A stretch of 64,000 nucleotides of DNA. Source: Kiloniellaceae bacterium. Its GTDB lineage: Bacteria > Pseudomonadota > Alphaproteobacteria > Kiloniellales > J153. The DNA is taken from positions 23,258 through 87,257 of the forward strand of contig JAJFGL010000012.1 in the NCBI GenBank assembly GCA_021776135.1, in the 5' to 3' direction. Positions 57,594-64,000 of the stretch are shown in pieces; the stretch's first letter is position 1; each line of letters starts with the position of its first letter. The notes below the pieces were generated by a model, which saw nothing but the letters and a program-made list of their open reading frames with translations, searched no databases and was not told where the DNA came from. Both the position numbers and the translations under genes were made by a program.

Positions 57594-58475
57594 CTATCGG
57601 GGCGCGGGGGCGCCGTGAATGATGCCTTTTTCGCGGCCGGTGACGCGGGTCTGGCGCATGCGCCGCCGCCAGCGGCTGGCATCGTACCCCGTCCCCCGGT
57701 GCAACATGCAGCGGTTGTCCCAGATCGCCGTATCGCCGGCTTGCCAGCCATGGGCGTAGATGTGCCGCGGTTGCGTCGCGCGTTCGAGCAGCTCGTCGAG
57801 CAGACGGCGGCTGTCGATACCGGACCAGCCCGGGATCGAGCGGGCGTGCGAGCCGACGTAATAGTTCTTGAGGCCGTTCGCCGGGTTTTCGCGCACCAGC
57901 CGGTGCATGACCGGAGGCAGCGATGCCGCGTGGTTCGGATCGACCGGCGCGACCTGGCTTCTGGAAAAGACGTAGTCATGGATCACGCCAAGCGGCGCAA
58001 TCGTTTCACGCAGGTCTCCGTCCAGCTGCCCATAGGCCGCGCGCATGCTGGCGAAGGCGGTCGCGCCCCCTTCGCCCGGCACCTCGTAGGCGTGGAGAAT
58101 CGAGACGAAGGACGGCACCTCGCGAAAGGAGGAGTCCGAATGCCACAACTGGTTGCCGGTCGCGTAGCGGGTGCTGGCATGGGCGTTGTCGCGCTTCGAG
58201 CCGTCATCCTCCACGTTGCCGACGGTGCCGAAGTAGGTCACCTTTCCGGTCTTCCCGAGGGTCACGTGTTCGGCCTCCGCCTCACCCAGAAGGCGGGTGA
58301 AGGCCAGCTGCTTCTCGTCGGTCATGTCCTGGCCGGGAAAGCATAGGAACGAATAGGTATCGATCGCGTCCCGGATCGCCGCCAAGTCGCCGTCCGGCAT
58401 ATGGCCGGTTAAGGCGGTCCCGGTCACGCGGGCGCCGAAATCATCGTGCAGGGGTTCGATACCGAGGTGACTCAT
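57594..58475 (-). CDS. TauD/TfdA family Fe(II)/2-oxoglutarate dioxygenase
   Basis: 293 aa; WHSDSSF (His-x-Asp facial triad region) and a C-terminal AIWDNRCMLHR. Confidence 0.85.
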   Translation of the reverse strand: MSHLGIEPLHDDFGARVTGTALTGHMPDGDLAAIRDAIDTYSFLCFPGQDMTDEKQLAFTRLLGEAEAEHVTLGKTGKVTYFGTVGNVEDDGSKRDNAHASTRYATGNQLWHSDSSFREVPSFVSILHAYEVPGEGGATAFASMRAAYGQLDGDLRETIAPLGVIHDYVFSRSQVAPVDPNHAASLPPVMHRLVRENPANGLKNYYVGSHARSIPGWSGIDSRRLLDELLERATQPRHIYAHGWQAGDTAIWDNRCMLHRGTGYDASRWRRRMRQTRVTGREKGIIHGAPAPR

Positions 58476-58595
58476 GGCCGCTAAAGTGGTGGTTCCAAAT
58501 TATCCAATAACCCTCGGCCATGGCATAGTCGAATTATCCCCCGGCGGCGAGTCGAATTTCGAATCGCCGGCGCGAAATAGTGAACTATAACTTGG

Positions 58596-59567
58596 TCAGC
58601 AGCCCGCGACGCAGATGCCGCCGCCGTCGAACTCCATGGTCCTTTCGCTCAAGGGTAGGTGCACCGGCACCTTGACCGCCGTGATGAAGGCGTCGGTCTT
58701 GGTGCCGGCGACGACCTTGCCGCCCTCTGTGGCGACCTCGTTGGCGTGCGAGACAATGACGCTGTTCGGCTTGACCAGGTCGTTGATAACGAAGGCCGCT
58801 TCCGTCGGCCCGGTGGTGAAGACGTCGCCGATGTTCATGACCGCGAGCGTGGCCTTGTAGTGCCGGCGTACCACGCTGTCCTGCTCGGCGGTAATCCCGG
58901 TATCGCCCGACAGGTAAACGACGAGCCCGTTCGAGAAGGTCAGCACGTAGCCGGTCGGCGGGCCGGCATAGCCCGCGAGGCCGGCCGCCTTGAGCAGTTT
59001 TCCAAGTTCGCCCCCGATAAAGGCTGGATTGACGCCATTCGAGTGAACCGCCGGAACGGTGGTGATCTTGACGCCGCCGAACGCGCGCGCCGAGCCGAAG
59101 CGCGCGAGTTGCGATTTTTTCTCATCGCCGCCCAGCGCCTTCAACTTGGCGCCGAAAAACTTCCGCATCTCGCTGCCGGTGACAATCGTCGCGTTCTTGG
59201 CAAGGGCGATGTTGACGGTGTTGGTGTTCGGCGCCGCCGTGACGGAAAGCGTCGGCTCGCCGCAGGTTCCCGCGTTGGGCTGCGGCTGATGCTTGTCGCC
59301 GGCATGGTCGCCATGCATGTGGCTTACCAGAACCACATCGATCTTGCCGAGGCGCGGATCCTTGGCGCCCGCCACCGTGCGGCCCGCGTCATACAAAATT
59401 CTCGTGCCGTTCGGATCCTCGAAGATCATCGCCCGGTCGAATTTGCAGAATTCGCCTTTTACGAGCCCAAGCGGGGTGACCTTCACGTTGGCCGCCTTAG
59501 CGGGATGCCCGGCAAGGCCCACTAACCCGGCGGCCAAGGCCACCAGGACATAACGAATGGTGCGCAT
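58596..59567 (-). CDS. secreted MBL-fold metallo-hydrolase
   Basis: 323 aa; signal peptide MRTIRYVLVALAAGLVGLAGHPAKA; VLVSHMHGDHAGD metal motif. Confidence 0.8.
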   Translation of the reverse strand: MRTIRYVLVALAAGLVGLAGHPAKAANVKVTPLGLVKGEFCKFDRAMIFEDPNGTRILYDAGRTVAGAKDPRLGKIDVVLVSHMHGDHAGDKHQPQPNAGTCGEPTLSVTAAPNTNTVNIALAKNATIVTGSEMRKFFGAKLKALGGDEKKSQLARFGSARAFGGVKITTVPAVHSNGVNPAFIGGELGKLLKAAGLAGYAGPPTGYVLTFSNGLVVYLSGDTGITAEQDSVVRRHYKATLAVMNIGDVFTTGPTEAAFVINDLVKPNSVIVSHANEVATEGGKVVAGTKTDAFITAVKVPVHLPLSERTMEFDGGGICVAGC

Positions 59568-59883
59568 CGGATGCTCTCCTTCTAACTAAGTGCCCGTTAC
59601 CCGAATCCTCCCCCGCATCCCCTGAGTTTATCGATTTTCAGGTTCGGAGAAAGTGGGTTCGCTCATCTTCGCAGCCTTGCGTGAGAGCACAGGCGCGCAC
59701 GAGTTCTTAGGTCATACACGAAATAAAAATTCCCTTACTATTAGAAAACAATGATTAAAATCAAATATTATATCGCTGCAATTTTCACATCACGTATGTT
59801 TTATCAAGAATATGTCATATAAATATTGTAAAATACTCGTGTGTGCACTATATGTTTATTGGCAGCAAATCATTGCTGCCGGA

Positions 59884-60045
59884 ATGAAAGACATTTACAT
59901 GTCCTTTAAGAATTTTTCCTCGGCACAAGACGCCTCGAGTAAAAGCAGCCCCGGCGACAAGTCCAAGCCCGCGCAGGCCGCCGTTCAACCGGCCACACAA
60001 CCTGACAAGACACCGGACGAAGCCGCGCCGACGCCCAAGTCGTAG
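59884..60045 (+). CDS. small Pro/Lys/Ala-rich hypothetical protein (start 59884 or 59899)
   Basis: Short ORF after a very AT-rich spacer; low-complexity sequence, uncertain. Confidence 0.3.
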   Translation: MKDIYMSFKNFSSAQDASSKSSPGDKSKPAQAAVQPATQPDKTPDEAAPTPKS

Positions 60046-60122
60046 CCGTCGGATTGGAGGGAGCAAAAGCCGCCTCCGCCACGCGTGAATTTGACGGTGA
60101 GGCCGCAAGCAGGACCCAGCCG

Positions 60123-60458
60123 ATGACGATGCGCACGAGCAAGAAAACGGTGACTTTCAGGAAGCCCTTCATCCTGGGCGGGTTCGATGAGGTGCTGCCG
60201 GCCGGCGCCTACAGCGTGGAATCCGATGAGGATCTCTTGGAAGGTGTTTCCTTCCCCGCCTACCGGCGGGTTTTGACCGTCATCCACCTTCATGCGAAGC
60301 CCGGCTATCCGAACCGTACGCAGACTTTGACAATCGTACCGAGTGAATTGGACGCAGCCCTGGAGCGCGACAAGGCGCCCGCATTGCCCCAAGAAAAGAG
60401 CGACCGTCAAGCCATGGAACGAGGCGAAGACGAGGGGATGTTCGTTCACCCTAGGTGA
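60123..60458 (+). CDS. conserved hypothetical protein
   Basis: ATG 60123 within ORF 60054-60458; TVTFRKPFILGGFDEVLPAGAYSVESDEDLLEGVSFPAYRR; no family name recognised. Confidence 0.5.
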   Translation: MTMRTSKKTVTFRKPFILGGFDEVLPAGAYSVESDEDLLEGVSFPAYRRVLTVIHLHAKPGYPNRTQTLTIVPSELDAALERDKAPALPQEKSDRQAMERGEDEGMFVHPR

Positions 60459-60720
60459 ACAACCGCCTCATAGAGCCTTTGAGTACGGGTGTTGCCAAAT
60501 TTAAGGCTCAAGCGGGTAGCGCTGAGTGAAGCCGCGATCCACTGGCGCGCCCTGGGCTAATCCAGAGCCGGTGCGCGTCTGTGGGAACCCACAGAATGCA
60601 CACGCGAAGCATAACGGTAACGGCTGGGATTGCGATCGGCCTTACCGAAAACAAAGCGATGGGGTCGCTTCGCGTTGAAGCGAGAGTAAAGAGTGCGATC
60701 ACAGAGAAAGGCATGAGACT

Positions 60721-61032
60721 ATGACGGACGAAACGGTCGACCTCGACGAGCGTCGCGGCATGGCCGCTCAAAAAGCGACGGAATTTCGCCGCCAGCGCCT
60801 CCACGAGTTTCATTCCGACCAGGCGGCCTTGCAACGCCGCCAGGAAGAGCTCGAGAGACTTCTCCTGGCCGCTCCGGCAGAGACTTGGCCGGAGGCAGCC
60901 GCCAAGGCGCAGTATCTTATCCAGCTCTTCGCCGCCACACTGGAGGCTCAGGAACCGCGCCGCAAGGAACTGATCGCCCACGCACTCGACGATCTCACCC
61001 GTCTGTGCGAGCGCGCGAAGGAAGAGTCATGA
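60721..61032 (+). CDS. hypothetical helical protein
   Basis: 103 aa, predicted coiled/helical. Stop overlaps the next ORF start (ATGA, 61029-61032). Confidence 0.5.
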   Translation: MTDETVDLDERRGMAAQKATEFRRQRLHEFHSDQAALQRRQEELERLLLAAPAETWPEAAAKAQYLIQLFAATLEAQEPRRKELIAHALDDLTRLCERAKEES

Positions 61033-61220
61033 CCAAATCCACGGCGGCAAAAGCGCTCGGCGATCAGCCGTCCTTGGAAGACCCCAAGGTTCGCCAATGC
61101 CTCAGATGCCAAGCCACGTTTCCGAGCAAGTGGTCCGGCGAGCGGATCTGTTTTCGCTGCAAATCTACTAATGCATGGCGGAACGGCGCGCCGCTTAGGT
61201 CCAGCTCTTTTTCGCAATAG
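61029..61220 (+). CDS. small zinc-ribbon protein (CxxC...CxxC)
   Basis: 63 aa; CLRCQATFPSKWSGERICFRCK. Translationally coupled to 60721-61032. Confidence 0.5.
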   Translation: MTKSTAAKALGDQPSLEDPKVRQCLRCQATFPSKWSGERICFRCKSTNAWRNGAPLRSSSFSQ

Positions 61221-61280
61221 ACATTAGAACTCTACCGCCAAGCGGCCGAGCCGCATACGCCAAGGAAGGAACCTAAAAAT

Positions 61281-61466
61281 ATGAACACGTCAAATCGTGG
61301 ATCGAAGCATGTCTGCCGGAAGTGCGAGAGAATGTATTACGATCTGGGAAAGCAGATCGTCGCTTGTCCGATATGCGGCGTTAAGCCGCTTCCGCAGAAA
61401 GCGCCAAGAGCGGCTTCGCCGGTTAGAAAAGCCGTCTCCACGGCCTTCAGGCGATACCCGGCGTAG
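61281..61466 (+). CDS. TIGR02300-like (FYDLN-acid family) zinc-ribbon protein
   Basis: 61 aa; CRKCERMYYDLGKQIVACPICG. Confidence 0.6.
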   Translation: MNTSNRGSKHVCRKCERMYYDLGKQIVACPICGVKPLPQKAPRAASPVRKAVSTAFRRYPA

Positions 61467-61477
61467 GCTCTCGCAAC

Positions 61478-61741
61478 ATGACATTGAATTTTCCGAACCG
61501 GAGCCGCAGCTACGAGGAAAGACGGAACCTTGTTCGCTTCTGGGGATATGACACCGCGCTGGAGATTTCGTTTTTCGTGGAGGTGAGCGCTCTCTTCAAG
61601 TTGTATCCGCAAACGAAGAACGAGGAAGCCGGCTATTTGGAGGCGTTCGATACCGCTCGGGACAGAATCCACGAGGCCGCCCGCAAGGTCTATTCGAAAA
61701 CCCGCCAAGGCGCCTACATCCTGGCCGCGGCGGATTTCTGA
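61478..61741 (+). CDS. DUF1488 domain-containing protein
   Basis: 87 aa; MTLNFPNRSRSYEERRNLVRFWGYDTALEISFFVE. Confidence 0.7.
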   Translation: MTLNFPNRSRSYEERRNLVRFWGYDTALEISFFVEVSALFKLYPQTKNEEAGYLEAFDTARDRIHEAARKVYSKTRQGAYILAAADF

Positions 61742-61977
61742 ATTTGCCCGGTATTTCTCTGGCCCAACCTCGTCTTAATTGAGAGGGAAGATCCCAAATA
61801 TCGTCAAAATATCCGTATCGAATATATTATAAAAAGCATTGTTATCAGAAGATTACGGAGCAATATAGCCGGCTATTTATTTTTATTAATATTTAGGTTT
61901 TACTGACTTCTATTTTCGGGTATATTTATAGGTTATTGAGGGGAGAAATAATTTTTCCCCAAAGGGAGAACAACCAA

Positions 61978-62328
61978 ATGAAACAACTTGAATGGCTAAA
62001 GCCTGCACTATTTGGCGCCGCGGCCGGTGCTGTCGCGCTCGCGGTCGTCGGCTTCTCATGGGGCGGATGGATGACCGGCGGGGCGGCCGAGAAATTGGCC
62101 TACAATCAGGCGCGGCTCGAAGTCGTCGCCGCCTTGGTGCCGATCTGCATGGAACAGTCCAACCAGGACCCGCAGGTCGTGGCCATGCTTGCCCAGTTGA
62201 AGGACACCAGCAGCTATCAGCGCAACGACATGCTCATGAAAGCCGGCTGGGCCACGATGCCAGGTTCAAGCGATCCCAATCGGGACGTCGCGCGCGCGTG
62301 CATGGCAAAACTGGCGGCCCAGTTCTAG
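61978..62328 (+). CDS. hypothetical membrane-anchored protein
   Basis: ATG 61978 with agggaga RBS; one TM helix ALFGAAAGAVALAVVGFSWGGW. Confidence 0.55.
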   Translation: MKQLEWLKPALFGAAAGAVALAVVGFSWGGWMTGGAAEKLAYNQARLEVVAALVPICMEQSNQDPQVVAMLAQLKDTSSYQRNDMLMKAGWATMPGSSDPNRDVARACMAKLAAQF

Positions 62329-62357
62329 GGTCTTTACGGTTCTAGGGTCTTTACGGT
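62324..62357. repeat. 17-bp perfect tandem duplication (x2) spanning a stop codon
   Basis: ttctagggtctttacgg at 62324-62340 and 62341-62357. The first unit contains the TAG stop of 61978-62328. Confidence 0.9.
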
Positions 62358-62447
62358 TTTGATGGAATCAAAACCGGATCCTAAGTTTTTTGTTTTGTCG
62401 TGTTTCCGGACGGAAAACCGGCATCCACATTTCCTGGAACCACTCTA

Positions 62448-62570
62448 GGACTTCGGCGCCTTCCTATTCGACACCACGCCATCCGGCCGCCCGACAATAA
62501 CCACCGCCAGCTTGTCGGCGTCGTAGAGCCGTTCGGCCAGGCAGGTATCGGTCAGGTGTTTGAAGGTCAT
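62448..62570 (-). pseudogene. pgi 5' remnant: first 12 codons identical to pgi ([12 protein letters not shown]), then unrelated sequence to a stop after 41 codons
   Basis: Reverse strand from ATG 62570: atg acc ttc aaa cac ctg acc gat acc tgc ctg gcc gaa..., ending with tag at 62448-62446 by my hand translation (end coordinate approximate). Confidence 0.6.
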
Positions 62571-62739
62571 CCTGGCGGCAAGCCATCAGAGTCGCGGGAC
62601 GGCGGGAAGCGGGCGGGGCTGGTTCGTGTATCGACGTGAAATTTTATGCGCCGCGAGAGTGGATGGCGAAGTTGAATGCCGGCTATGCGGCTGAAAGCGG
62701 TCGTTGTTCTTGTGCGGTGAGAGAATCCGGGGTTTGCCA
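62533..62739. repeat. direct repeat copy C (pgi 5' end plus upstream)
   Basis: Aligns with 53664-53868. Both ends are near-identical (tcggccaggcaggtatc...gcgggcgg; ctgaaagcggtcgttgttcttgtgcggtgagagaatccggggtttgcc) and the middle is more diverged. Confidence 0.85.
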
Positions 62740-62999
62740 GGCGCGGACATTAGGACGCGGGATGTGTGAGCCGTCCACTGCATCCAGACCTGACTCTGCC
62801 AGCGTGGGTGTGCTGTGTCTGCTGTTGGAGCCAAGACGGGATTTCCAGGCCTGACCGCACCCACGGCCGAGTTTAACCCTGAGGCGACAAAGCGGATCCC
62901 TTGCCAAGGGTAAATTATGGCTAAGGGAAAATTAAGGCGTTCTCGTCTATTGGTGGAACATTCCGCACATGCTTCACGAGGTCTGGGAGGGGAAGCGCC

Positions 63000-64000
63000 G
63001 TGACTACGTTAGTGGGTGCCAGCAACGGCGCCACCAAGCCTTCGCACCGTGGACGAGCCGAAACCGCGGGGTCCTATGGCCTGACGACACAGATCCGTCT
63101 GCTGGCCGGCTTGCTGGTGTTCAGCCTGGCGCTGACATTGGCGCTCCTGTTCTGGTCGGCGAAGAGCCAGGATAAGATCGCGGTCGGCAGCTCTCGCCAT
63201 CTTGCCAGCACCGCGCTAGGCGTGCAGCTGGGCTACCTGAAAAAGATCCTGACCGATTACACCTACTGGGACGAGGCCTATCAGAAAACGGTCGAGACCT
63301 TCGATACCGACTTTTTCGATGAGAACTTTGGCGCTGGCGATTATCTCCGGGATACCTTCGGCATCACCTCCAGCTTTGTCATGGGACCGGACAATCGGGT
63401 GCTACGTCACATGCACGACTCGGTGATTGTCGAGGACGCAGGGGCAATGAACATCGACGCCCACATGGAAGGCGTTTTCAGCAAGCTCATCGAAAGGGCG
63501 CGCCGCGCGGTCGCCGGTGAGTTTCTGGCAACGGGTGGTTTTGTCAAGGTGGCTGACCAGTTGTACTTCGTGGCGGTCCGGGTCATCCATCCACATACCG
63601 AAGACTTGTTGGCAAAGGCCGAGATCACGCCAGCCAACGCCTATGTCGCTGTCTTTATGCGTCCGCTCGACGACGAATTGCTGCAAACTCTCGCTCGTGA
63701 TTTTGATCTCAAGAACCTCAGCTACGTTGCCGATATCGATCTACCCAGCGGTCTCACGCAGCCGCTCTATGGCGCGGATGGCCAGCAGTTTGGTACTTTG
63801 AAGTGGCAAATCGATCTGCCCAGCCGCCATGTGCTGTACGGCGTCTTACCCGCGTTGCTGGCTACCATCGTATGCATTGGGTTGCTGAGCTGGTACGTTC
63901 TGAGCCGCCTGCGCCGTGGCCAAACGGAACTGTGGCACGCGATGCAACGGGCGCAGTCGGCGGACCAAACCAAGACCGAGTTCCTGGCCAACATGAGCCA
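63000..64000 (+). CDS. CHASE4-type sensor histidine kinase, 5' partial (runs off the window); absent from the ORF track
   Basis: Hand translation from GTG 63000 gives an open frame to 64000: TM (LLAGLLVFSLALTLALLF), periplasmic YTYWDEAY...LYFVAV region, second TM, then the H-box start QTKTEFLANMS. Start codon uncertain. Confidence 0.75.
   Translation, partial: MTTLVGASNGATKPSHRGRAETAGSYGLTTQIRLLAGLLVFSLALTLALLFWSAKSQDKIAVGSSRHLASTALGVQLGYLKKILTDYTYWDEAYQKTVETFDTDFFDENFGAGDYLRDTFGITSSFVMGPDNRVLRHMHDSVIVEDAGAMNIDAHMEGVFSKLIERARRAVAGEFLATGGFVKVADQLYFVAVRVIHPHTEDLLAKAEITPANAYVAVFMRPLDDELLQTLARDFDLKNLSYVADIDLPSGLTQPLYGADGQQFGTLKWQIDLPSRHVLYGVLPALLATIVCIGLLSWYVLSRLRRGQTELWHAMQRAQSADQTKTEFLANMS

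Noticed and set aside
57498-58346. 282-aa plus-strand ORF
   Set aside because: It is antisense to the TauD/TfdA-family gene, which has clear motifs. It is a shadow ORF.
40249-62357. Possibility that the short tandem repeats (40249, 47837, 62324) represent CRISPR arrays
   Set aside because: Each is only two contiguous units with no spacers, and no cas genes are present.
62400-62639. 79-aa ORF crossing repeat copy C
   Set aside because: It is antisense to the pgi 5' remnant and spans repeat DNA, with no coding signal.
53702-62800. Search for an integrase, recombinase or transposase associated with the accessory region
   Set aside because: No ORF in this span shows tyrosine/serine recombinase or DDE transposase motifs that I can recognise. 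The mobility mechanism therefore remains inferred from the repeats alone.

Overview
This is a 64-kb window from a high-GC (about 65% by spot counts) alphaproteobacterial chromosome. The evidence for that placement is a two-piece permuted tmRNA, TTAA-N7-TTAA boxes, DUF2336 and phasin genes; a Rhodospirillales-like host is inference only. All protein calls rest on my reading of the supplied translations, and no database search was run.

Most of the window is ordinary backbone:
- ssrA-sspB, tfoX-like/fumC, and a 1194-aa AsmA-family protein.
- A small flavoenzyme cluster, ilvE, and MarR plus an OmpR/EnvZ-like pair.
- csaA, phasin, proC, lgt, pgeF, and prs-rplY-pth-ychF.
- A Yej-like peptide ABC importer, tRNA-Pro(CGG), two tandem DUF2336 paralogs, and a BKACE/aminotransferase pair.
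- apt, a ParA-like/SPOR pair, tadA, rluB-rsmD, hpf-like, and mutL-pgi.

The stand-out lies at 54051-57253. It is a translationally coupled two-gene operon encoding a 588-aa SIR2-APAZ-type protein and a 479-aa short prokaryotic Argonaute (MID+PIWI only). The Argonaute's slicer residues are substituted, while the SIR2 NADase motifs are intact. This matches the architecture of SIR2/Ago (SPARSA-type, clade S1B) nucleic-acid-guided, NAD+-depleting immunity.

The operon sits in a roughly 3.5-kb lower-GC patch directly upstream of pgi. That patch, and a second roughly 5-kb accessory patch (TauD-like, MBL-fold and a run of small unknown genes), are bracketed by three direct copies of the pgi 5' end and upstream region. 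No integrase or transposase is visible.

Other observations are two MITE-like palindromic repeat families inserted at gene boundaries, paired CtrA-type boxes upstream of the DUF2336 paralogs, and several short tandem duplications at stop codons. No CRISPR array or rRNA gene was seen.
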